Shown here in pieces: positions 53,161 through 64,000 of a DNA stretch of 64,000 bases. Every line of letters begins with the position of its first letter. The first letter of the stretch is position 1. The notes under the pieces were generated by a model. The model had not been told where the DNA came from. It saw only the letters and a program-made list of their open reading frames with translations, and did no database searches. The DNA comes from Paraspadella gotoi (taxonomy: Eukaryota; Animalia; Chaetognatha), in assembly GCA_051294375.1 (NCBI GenBank), contig CM119264.1:12030263-12094262 (forward strand). The letters run 5' to 3'. The position numbers were made by a program, and so were the translations under genes.

Positions 53161-53366
53161 ACGTTTTCTTGGGTTCAAGTTTATTAATGACGTTAGTTAG
53201 GAAATCCCAAAGTACGAGTTTAAATCGAGGAAAAAGAAAACTTCGTGACGTAACTAAATATTGACTAAAATGTAAAAAAATTTTCTGAGATGAGTTGAGA
53301 CGAAAAACTCAACCATTTTTGACCGGAACCCATCCGACAGCGACGCCGCGCCCGCTGCCACCGAAT

Positions 53367-53397
<31 letters not shown>

Positions 53398-53853
53398 GCC
53401 GGGCTTTCCCTCTCTACCTAAACAAAACAGTTGGGGCATCAAAGACCAAAGGGGATTAGAGCTCCCTCGTTTCCAAAACAGAAATAACAAAAGCGACGGA
53501 AGGAGAGCAGAAGCAAGAATCGAACGAGGGCGCCGGAGTAGAAGGACGACGACGTCCAATACGACGACGCTTTCGATCTAATTAAGAACGCGAAGTAATT
53601 TTCTCGTTAATGAATAATCTCACTTCACGCGATTCTTAATTCCTCCTTCAAAACCTCACAGGTTGATGAACCTCTTTCACCCCAACGCCGAACCTTCACG
53701 TCAGTTCTGCATTTTTCTTATGATTTTCTCTTCCGCTTTTTTTTTCTCTCTCTCTCTCTCCCATAAAAAAAAAGGAATTCTATTTTTTTTCCTCTTTTCC
53801 TTTCGCCGGTTTTTATCGGATGTTTTACCTGACGGTGTCGACCGAGGATGACA

Positions 53854-53884
<31 letters not shown>

Positions 53885-54030
53885 ACGACGACGACACACG
53901 ACAGCTTTTCCATTTTTCGGTTCCCACGTTTTCACGTTTCGCCCGCCCGTCTCAGAGTCGAGGCGTCCTCACCCACTTTTTTTTTTCTCGCGCTCGACCG
54001 GATCTTCTTTCCAATCTTCCGTCGCACAAT

Positions 54031-54128
<98 letters not shown>

Positions 54129-55094
54129 CAACCGACTTGGCGAATCGCCTACGAGCTTCGTGTGTTGTTTTATTTAGCTTTGTAATTTCGTCTTGTGCGG
54201 AAAACCCGAAACAGAAACAGAAACGAGAGAAGAGAAAGAGAGAGAGAATGAGAGGGAGAGATAGAAGAGACGAGAGTGAGAGAGAGAGAGAGAGATGAGA
54301 GAGAGACAGAGAGAGCAGAGAGAGAGAGACGAGAGATCGAGATAGAAGAGAAATTAAATCGAAGCGGACAAATAAAAAGCTTTTTCAAAACCAGTAAAAA
54401 ACATTGTAACAAGTTTTCGTGTTTTCATTGGGGCAACGACCTCATAATTATTTTTTTGGAAAAACGATTGAATAAAATTATACAAATTAAATTTTTCTTG
54501 CCTCAGGCAACTCCGCGTATAACCTCGTCGAAATCTTCCATCTTTGCGAGCAGTACCGGCGGTTCGTCGCGTGGGCTGCGTCGGCAAGCGTTTGCCCACG
54601 TAGTCGGCGGGCATTTTTTTTTTTTTCAGGCGTCAACTACGGATTCTCAGTAAAAATAACAGAGAATCTCAAGAATCGATTTCGAACGGCGAATCTCAAC
54701 TTCCGGGCCGGACGTCCGGCGAAAACGCGAGTTTCAACACTCCGCGACGAATTGAGACAAACGACGCGAATAGCGGCGCTGCGCGCGAGGGAGAAGAGAA
54801 AGAGAGAGAGAGAGAGGAGAGAGACCTCTTTACTCTTCCATTTCCTTCTTTCCTGTCCCAAGAGAGCTCGNNNNNNNNNNNNNNNNNNNNNNNNNAAAAC
54901 GTTTTAAAAGAAAGTTGAGAGAAGACAACAGAGAAAGACAAGGGTTAGAGAAAAGTAGGGAAGGCGAAAAAAAAAAGAAAAATGCGGAGATAAAAAAAAA
55001 GGAGGAAAACAAGAGATAAAATAAAAAGAGAGGATAAAAAAGGAAAGAAAACCGAAGAGAAGAGATTGAAGAGCGAGAAATAATGGCGGGAAAT

Positions 55095-55550
55095 GAAGGT
55101 GATCGGCCGAGGTGAGTTTAATCGAAAGGGAGGAAGAAGGAAGGTGATTGGCGGAGGTGAGTTAATCGTAAAGGGAGGAAAGAGGAAGGTGGACTGGCGG
55201 AGGTGAGTTAAATCGAAAGGGAGGAAGAAGGAAGGTGATCGGCCGAGGTGTGTTAATTAAAAAGGGAGTAAGAAGGAAGGTGACTGGCGGAGGTGAATTA
55301 ATCGAAGGGAGAAAATAAAGAAGGTGATCGGCCGAGGTGAGTTATTGAAAGGGAGGAAGAAGGAAGGTGTATAGGCGGAGGTGAGTTAATTGTAAAGGAG
55401 GAAGAAGGAAGGTGACTGGGGCCCGGAGGTGAGTTATTATAATCGAAAGGGAGAAATAAAGAAGGTGATCGGCGCGAGGTGAGTTAATCGAAAGGGAGGA
55501 AGAAAGAAGGTGATTGGCGGAGGTAAGAGAATCGAAATGGGAGGAAGAAG
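55095..55550 (+). repeat. 44 bp purine-rich minisatellite (gaaggtgatcggccgaggtgagttaatcgaaagggaggaagaag), about 10 units
   Basis: Unit length read from the clean copy at 51862-51950. The same array recurs at 47262-47705 (+), 50547-50635 (+) and 50640-50995 (-). Confidence 0.9.
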
Positions 55551-55799
55551 AAAGATTCCTTTCAACCCATCGAAGCGAGTGAGGCCCGATACGGAGGCGC
55601 TTGTTAGTGAGGCAAATAGAGGGGAGGGGAGGCAAGTCGATTGGTGAGGTTAAGAAACTCGAAAGACGAAAAACGCGCTAAAACATACTCTTTTTTTGTT
55701 TTGATATTTCTAAAAACAAAAAATCGACTTTCCCTGATGGTTCAGTCGCCATGTCTCCGTCGTCGTCGTCACGCTGGTGCTTCTGGCATCGTCGTCGTT

Positions 55800-55834
<35 letters not shown>

Positions 55835-58800
55835 GTCCTCGCCGTCATTCCTCTCTCTTGGTTTTCGTGTCGGGTTGAGAAACAACAAGCAGAACAGATT
55901 CCCAGTTTATTGACGAAAGTCGACGACGAGATTCGGGAAGGCGGACCACGACATTCGATCTAACAGCCGTCCGCCGCCGCCCGCCGCCGCCGCCGCCGCC
56001 GCCGCCCATTTCTCTTTAGTATCGTTTCTCCCTTCGCAGCCCTCTTGCTATTGTCATCTGCAATCTTCAACCGTTTTCTCGAAAAGCTGACATCTGAATT
56101 GCAATCAGCCGTTTGAGACGATTTGCCAGCCATGGCGAATCAACCTCCAGCAATATCCTTCACGTCCTCGCTGCTCCAACAATATCCGTATGCAATGAAT
56201 GACATATGCACTAAGCGGCTCGTCTCACACTCCGTTAAACACATCCTTGCTCGTTTCGTTTCGTTTTCGTTGGGATCGAATTCGAAAGTGGAATTCAGTT
56301 TTCGATTCCATCAAATTTATATCGGGAGTGAATCTTGTGAGTGAAGGTCGTCGTATCGTCTGTATTGTCTCTTTGTATCTCAATACAAGTTTAAATTTCA
56401 ATATTGGAATATAAAGCCTGTCCAAAGTCCAGGGGCAAGATAGTTTATTTATTAAACAGAATGGAATATTTTTTATATTGGTTGTACGGCAATTCATAAA
56501 ATTCAGCTCCTTGTATTTTGATGCTAGTGCGGAGTAAACAATAAGTATTCCCCGATCTAATACTTAAGGGAGTGGTCTTTTGAAACATTCTTGAATATTA
56601 TAATCACTTCATTGATTAGGGAAGCCAGCCAAAAATAAAGAAAAATAAATAAAAAATAAAAAAATAAATAATAAAATAGAAAAAAAACAATTATTAAGAA
56701 TAAAAGTTATATTAATAAAATATTTTTCCATAAAATTTTAATAAAATATAATTTAATTTAAATATAAAAAAGAATAATATAACTTAATATCATAAATAGT
56801 ATGAAAATTAAAATACAAAATTTTTTTAATTAAAATTAACCACACAAAAAAGAAACCAGAAACCACAACATTAAGTGTAAAAAATAATTTAAAAAATATT
56901 GAATATAATTTAATTTAAAAAGAAAAAGGAATATAAATAAGACACAGAATAGAAAAAAAAGAAAGAAAAGAAAAAGAAAAAGTAGAAGAAGGAAAAAAGA
57001 AGAACGAAGAAGAAGAAATAAAAAAAAATAAATAACATTTAAGTAATTATATAAAAATAATAAAAAGATTAATGACAGACGATAGCCACACCCGCGACAA
57101 AAACGCATAATGAAAAAATAAAAAAATAGAAAAAAAAAAAAAAAGATAATTATATTTTATTAAAAAATTTTTTAAATTAATTATATAATTTATTTTATAA
57201 AATTTTATTATTATTATTATTAATTAATAAAACTTTAAAAAATTTTTAAAAATTAATAAATAGCAATAATAAATCAATATAATAATAATTTTAAAATAAA
57301 TTTAAAAATTTAATAAAAATAAATAAAAAAACATAGAAAAAAATGAAAGACATGCAAATAAATAAGAAAATTATTTTTATCATTTTTATATTAATGTATT
57401 TAAATTTATTAATTAAATAATTAAATAATAAAATATAAAAATATTAAAAATATAATAAAATAATATATTTTTTTTAAAAATCATTAATATTAAATAATTA
57501 AATAATAATTAAATAATATATATCCATAAATTAATTTATATAATATTTACCAGGCATTTAAGGAGTTCAAAAAATATTAAGAGAAAAGGAAAAGAAAAGA
57601 GATAGAAAAAAAAAGACAGAGCATACGCACAAAACTGCCCGTCCAAAATGAAGGATAAAAAAAAAATATTTTAATTTTAGGTATAGGAATAAGCAGAAAG
57701 AAATATAAAAGATTAGAAAAAAATAAATAACAAATACCTATAAAAAACCCAGGAAAAAAGATCAGAAATTAGCAGTCAAATATAGTATCAAAAAAATAAT
57801 ACAAAGAAAAGTAACAAGTAACGGGAAAGATAATAATTTATTAAAGTGCCACCATACAAAAAAAGAAAAACAGCCTAATATAGAACTTCAATAAATTCGC
57901 GGCCATTCCTACCTTCTTACTCTGAAATCTCCGTTCGCGTTTGTAATATATAGGTAGTGATGTTTGAGTCTAGTTGTTGTAGGAGTTGGTGGTGTTATTG
58001 TGACTTCGGAGTGATAACGAGAACTGTGAGCAGAGTTCTTAATTGAAAGCTTTGCAAGGGACCTGCGATGTCATTTTTCTTGTAAAGTGATGGGAGGCTT
58101 AAACCACCAAAAGCCTGTCAAGTCAGGGGCAAGATAGCTTTATATTGGTTTGTACCAATTTCATAAACGTTTTCTTGCGGTTCAAGTTTATTAATGACGT
58201 TAGTTAGGAATCACAAAGTACGAGGTTTAAATCGAGGAAAAAAGAAAACTTCGTGTCTGTAACTAATAGTTGACTAAAATGTAAAAAAATTTTCTGAGAT
58301 GAGTTTGCAGACGAAAAAGCTCAACCCATTTTTGACCGAACCCATCCTGACAGCGACGCCGCGCCGCTGCCAACCGAATTCCCGCCGCCGGCCGACCCCG
58401 CCGCCGCCGCGCCGGGCTTTCCCTCTCTACCTAAACAAAACAGTTGGGGCATCAAAAGACCAAAAGGGGATTAGAGCTCCCCTCGGTTTTCCCTAATAAC
58501 AGAATAACAAAAGCGACGAAGGAAGCAGAAGGCTAAGAATCGAACGAGGGCGCGATGACAGGAGACCCTGATAGTTATAGGACAAGGACTGAACAATGAG
58601 ACGATAAAATAGACGACTTCATACGACGACGCTTTCGATCTAATTAAGAACCGCGAAGTAATTTTCTCGTTTAATGAAATAATCTCCACTTCACGCGATT
58701 CTTATTCCTGCACTCCTTCAAAACCTCACAGGTTGATGAACCTCTTTTCACCCCAACGCTACGAACGCTTCACGTCAGTTCTGCATTTTCTTATGATTTT

Positions 58801-59109
58801 CACTCTTCTTAGGACTTCCCATTTTTTTCTCTCTCTCTCTCCTCCCATAAAAAAAAAGGAATTCTTTATTTTTCCTCTTTTCTTTCGCCTGTTTTTAGTA
58901 TCGGATGTTTACCTGGACGTGTCGACCGGTGAAACGAGACTGACGACACGACGACGAGACGACGACGACGACACGACGACAGGCTTTTTCCATTTTCGGT
59001 CCCACGTTTCACGTTTCCCGCCCGTTCAGCAGTCGAGGCGTCCTCCACCACTTTTTTTTTCTCGCGCTCGACCGGATCTTCTTTCCAATCTTCCGTCGCA
59101 CATGGTCTT

Positions 59110-59202
<93 letters not shown>

Positions 59203-59884
59203 TCTCTTTTCGATCTTTCCCTTTGGCAAAGATGACTCTCCCCTTCCTTCACACTTTTCCTCTTAATCGCAGCGCCGATCATCTCCGGCTTTCGGATCAC
59301 GCTCTCTCTCCCCCTCACATTTTTCACACACTTTTTTTTTTTACCCTTTTTGTCACATTTCATCTTTCTTTCCTTTTTCTCCCAAATCCTCTTTCCTCTT
59401 TCACAATCTCCGGCGCATTCACCTCCGCCCGGTCGCCAATTCCCATCCCACTCACGTTTCTCCTTTTTCCCGCCCGAGTTCCTTCTTTCAATTCCCGCGC
59501 GCACTTACCTAAAGTGTACTGTCCCTTTTAGCGTCTCGCTCCTCTCTCTCTCTCTCTCTCTCGGCCCTTACCCTCTCGCTCTCCCTCTCGCTCTAAGCTT
59601 TCCAATCTTCTTTTCTCCCAAAGTAGATTCGTCGTCGCTTTTCTGACAGATTTTTATGTACAGCAAAGGAGTTTTTTTTTCCCTCTCCCCAGATTTGACG
59701 CAATTTCTTTTCGCCAAGAATGGTTGCTTAATTTTATCGAGCGACGTCATTTTGACTTAATTTTGGTTGTTGTTGGTCCACTTACACAACGAAATTGCAT
59801 AAAAAAAACCAGTTTCTACCTTTTTTACAGTTTCTGGAAACGAACAGAGTTGTTTTTCAATTTTATCGATTTTGTGTTAGAGCG

Positions 59885-59885
59885 A

Positions 59886-59977
<92 letters not shown>

Positions 59978-59978
59978 A
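59885..59978. repeat. (AAAG)n microsatellite (others at 29661-29840, 36530-36635, 41465-41560)
   Basis: Direct observation. Confidence 0.95.
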
Positions 59979-60256
59979 ATAAGGAAAAAAAGAAAGAAAA
60001 AATACAAAAGTAAAGAAAGAAAAAAGACAGAAAGACTGAAAAAAAAGAGAAAAAGAAAGAGGGGTTAGAGATAGCTAGAGACATCGGGGTTTTTTTTTTA
60101 TTCTTTTTCCGGTGACAAATTTTCTGATTAAAATATGTCACCTCCATTTTTTTTCTTTTTTCTTTCCGTTTTTATTTTTTTCCTCTTTTTTTTTTGGTAA
60201 CAACTCAATAGATTATTTTCCTCGTTGCATCTTTAATAACTTGGTTTCCGCGCGAG

Positions 60257-60325
60257 TCACGGGCAAAGGATTCACGGGCGAAGGATTCACCGGCGAAGGA
60301 TTCACGGGCGACAGATTCACGGCCA
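60257..60325. repeat. 15 bp minisatellite (ttcacgggcgaagga), about 5 units
   Basis: Directly visible tandem. Confidence 0.85.
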
Positions 60326-62010
60326 GATGTGAAAATGACTTCTCCGTCAGAGATCTCCGACAAATAAGGAGCGGGGAAATGAGGGGGTCAGTGTCTCGTG
60401 TCAAACCTTTTGCCAGAGTTCAATTATTTGTGAAAGACGTTTTAAAACCTTGTAGTTCCATTTTCTAGGTTTTTAATTTTTTGTTCTGCCCTCTGTTTTT
60501 TACCCAAGTGTGAACAGCAAACTGGTTTTATATCATTTTTTTATTTGGAAGATTGACGTTTAAGCTCCTCAGTCTGACAACTTAACACTTTCGAATGGAC
60601 AATCCAATCTGCGACGATCCAATCTTCACAAATAACAACTACAGTGAGAGGCGAAAGCTAGACTCGTTGCACAGAGTCACCGTCATAGCCTGTGATTGCC
60701 TGTCACGGATCCGGAACCTGGCGGACGACTGTCAGACGGCGCTGCCCGTCTTTAGGTGGCTCCAACTGAATCGTAGGCTATATTTCTGGCAACTTAATGC
60801 AGTTTCGGGTTACATCGACTATCGACGCTGACTGATTGCTTTTTTCTGTCGAATCCCGAGCGGCATCGTTCGCCCATGGTTGTGAGGGAGAACTGGTAGA
60901 TAAAATATTCCTTTTGGCTCCTTAATAAAGCGCGGCAAATCCGAGTTCCAACTGTCACGCAGCTCAGATCTATCTCGCGGACCGGGGTGAGGCCGGCCAT
61001 TTCGGCACACGAAGCGCCGAGCCTCACCGCGCCGACGCCAGCCCGTCGCGGTGGACACGGTCGTGAATAAAAAGCGAGGAGGAAAAAGCTTCCAGCTTTT
61101 GGGATTAATGATGCGACTCTATGCAGGCAACACAGCTGGAGAAGAAAGACGACGACGAACAAATATTTTAGAGACAAATATGGAAGAAACACAAACGTTG
61201 GAGGATGGTAAAGATGATGATGATGGATAAGATATGGAGGTAAAGATGATAATGATGCTGAGACAGGCAAAGGTACTATGCGCGAAAAAGTTTCTAGGAG
61301 GAGAGCTCGAGAAAAGAAAGGAAGAAAACAAAGAAGCCGAATTAGAAAAAGAATTAAGAGAGAGAAGAGAGAGAAAAGAGAGAAGAGATGAGAGAGAGAG
61401 AGAGAGAGAGAATGCGAGAGAAAGACGAAGAGACCATGAGAAGGACGGAGACTTTGCAAAGAACTCCAAATCTCGATTGACACCTACATCCATCCACAAT
61501 TCATGAGAGAAATTTATTAAATTGAAGCATGTGAGCCCATATAACAATTCCCATGCGAACGAAAAAGAGAATGTAAGTTACACAGAGGAAGAGAAGAAAG
61601 ACGAAGGACGAAGAGAGAGAAGAGAGATAGAGAAGGAGAGTGAGATTGAAGATAGAGATGAGAGTGAGTAAGAATGAGATGAGAGAGAGAGAGATAGAAG
61701 ATAGGAAAACGGATGTTTGTGATGCAAAGAGGACGTTTCCCTCGGTCTCTTTTATTCCTCGCTATTTGAGACAGAGGGAAGAGAAAGAAAGAGAAGGAAG
61801 AGAAAAGGAAAAATTGATCAGGATCAGAATAAGAGAGAGCGCTTAAAGTGAAGTTGAAGCACAGAGAAGACAAAAAGGAGAATGAGAAGATAGACGGACA
61901 AGGAGAGAGGAAAAAAGAGATCACACAGACAAGGGATTACCGAGGAGGAATTCTTGACGTCTATGTTCTAAATAGAGCGCTCTGGTCTTACATCCACATA
62001 AACCTAACCA

Positions 62011-62042
<32 letters not shown>

Positions 62043-62534
62043 TCCTCTCTCTCTCACTCTCCTCTCCTCTCTCTCCTCTCCCTCTCTCTGCCCTACCCGG
62101 CCGTCATGACAATGAAAACGAGAAAGAACAGCGGAGAACCGAACTGCGTCTTCAGGAGATGCAACAGCAACGTCAACAAATACAGCAATGACGATAACGT
62201 CTAAAAAATTGGGAACAGAACTTCAACTTCAACTTCAACTTCACCATCAAAGTCGACTGATGACAGCCAGAGGTATTTTTAAACGTAAGATGAACTTGAA
62301 CTACAAGAACCGAATGAAGAAAGGCAGAGAAATTTTTTTAACAATTCCCAACTGATTTATTTTTAAATCTCAAACTTTCCCTGAAATCGTGGGGAAAAGA
62401 AAATCGTTCAACTGGTTGAGGCGACGAGGCAACGAAAAAGAGATGAGAAAGGGTTGGCTGCCGGAGAGAAAGAAAGACGGAACTTGGCGGAAAAGGGGAG
62501 GGGAAAGTCATCCAGAGAGAATTGGGCTTCGATG

Positions 62535-62569
<35 letters not shown>

Positions 62570-64000
62570 TAAAGATTGTTCTTAAACAAACAAGATACAC
62601 GAACCGATGATGGGATCGAAGAACAAGAGGACGGACAGAGAGACGAAAAGAAGGATGGATGGAAGTAGAAGCAAAAGATGGATAGACGGACACACAATGT
62701 GCTAAAAAACGATGATCAGACTGACTTGGATGGATCGGGAAACGGACAAAAGGATAGAGAGAGAATTGTTTTTGTTTTTTTTCCTTTGCCAGATTGAAAA
62801 AAAAGGAGAAACTGCGAGGAAATCGTGTTTTGAAATAATAAAACTTATTTTCTCTCTCTTCTGCTTTGAGTTTCTTATTACCATTCGTTCTCCCCATTTC
62901 CACGCTTCCTTTTTTTATTCTTTTCTTTTTCTTTTTCTTTCTTTTTCTTTATCTCCCGTCATTTGATTTCCCTTATTTGAGAAAAAACTGAATTTTGTCT
63001 TCGTTGTTGTTTTCCGTTTAATCGTTGCAAGTGACCGCAACTGCGTCAAAAGGCAACACTTTTTAAACTCCTCAAAGAAGCAGTTGTCGAGAACCGCGAA
63101 CCCGAAACCTTCAGGGCAAGAATCAGTTCATCTTCGTCGTCGACATCGTCGCAGTCGCCGTCGTCTTCGTCAAATATAAATTACAATTCAGCGCGAAAAA
63201 AAAAAAAAAATTTGATCGAATCCAAAGTTTTTTCATTCGCCGATCTTTTTTTTCCTCGATGTCGAAGAGACCGAAGTTTATGGGGCGAAGATCTGAATTT
63301 CAGTTTAGGGTCCAATGAGTGGAGATCTCGCTAAGTCGGTCGGTCTGTGCGGTGAATGGAGTTCAAAATGAGTGGGTTGGGGAGAGCGCTTTTTCAAGTG
63401 AAAAGTTTGAAGGACAAGGTTAAAGAGGATGTCGGGAGAAACAATATGAAGCGGATTGACGCTTTTTTCACGGAATTCTTAGCTGCTCTATCTATTTGGC
63501 TGTGGACACTAAATTTTTCTGACCTGTGAGCAAAGCCCCCTTTTTACAGGCAACAGCATCTCGTGCGAGTGAGCTTTAAGGTAGTAGTTTTCTGACAAAG
63601 AAGATGCGAGATGATTGAGATATAATTTAGGAATTGTTGGTGAGTTTTTTAGTGAGACATACCAATAACGTTGCAAGGATAGTGTTCAAAAAGCTATAAT
63701 GAAAATTAAGTAGATTATAGATTGTAAGAAAGCAACTCGTCTTTGCAAACGGTGGCAATGTTGGTCGCATCACAAAGATCTGATGGTGATGAGGAGGTAG
63801 TGAAAACGCTCCGAAGGATGTTAAGGTTGGACAAGAGCGGAAACGCGACGCCGCCAACGAGTTAGTCGCTTCGTCAGGCCCCCCGGGGAAAAAAAAAATG
63901 AAAAAAAAAAAAAATTTTTTTTATGCGCGGCCCGCCCGAGTAAAGAAAAGAAAAAAAAAAAGCCCTTTATTTTTTCCCCCGGGGCTCCCGAACTTCCTTA

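Larger units (their letters stand above)
45150..59200. other. Scrambled block of direct and inverted redundant copies separated by five 25-N gaps
   Basis: 45150-45645 is inverted at 54345-54870. 46371-46718 is repeated at 51489-51836. 46815-47200 is inverted at 51020-51440. 51862-54124 is repeated noisily at 55440-59200 and very noisily from 47590 onward. Confidence 0.85.

Noticed and set aside
55095-55550. CRISPR-like periodic array (also the 17 bp array at 7348-7640)
   Set aside because: Head-to-tail tandem units without unique spacers, no cas genes, and a eukaryotic context.
56630-58000. 1.4 kb extremely A/T-rich insertion (organellar or symbiont-like)
   Set aside because: It interrupts a noisy duplicate at a point (gggaagccag|...ggagtga) that is contiguous in the clean copy near 53000. 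It has no gene-like structure and is best explained as read noise.

Overview
Gene-poor, microsatellite-saturated eukaryotic (metazoan-like) scaffold sequence with many N gaps; I found no prokaryotic features, CRISPR array or rRNA, and nearly all ORFs in the supplied track are translations of (AG)n/(AAAG)n/(GAC)n repeats. The one well-supported gene is missed by the ORF track. It is a spliced + strand PMP22/claudin-superfamily tetraspan gene (exons 794-911, 1040-1127, 1189-1315, 1532-1641) whose 3' part runs into degraded sequence. Other sequence that looks genuine: (i) a dispersed ~200-300 bp repeat family with Penelope-like traits (partial tandem and inverted copies, a hammerhead-like motif), one copy split by a 282 bp insert between 20 bp direct repeats; (ii) a 483 bp fold-back element whose core carries the 3' half of tRNA-Lys(CUU) including CCA; (iii) a perfect 73 bp-arm hairpin bounded by TTAA; (iv) several minisatellites and degenerate TAACCC arrays. 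Roughly a quarter of the window (large palindromes at 10.8-17.9 kb and 34.6-36.7 kb, the duplicated/inverted block at 45-59 kb, and 1.9-4.5 kb) looks like error-prone long-read gap filling with fold-back chimeras rather than biology. All calls were made by eye, without database searches.
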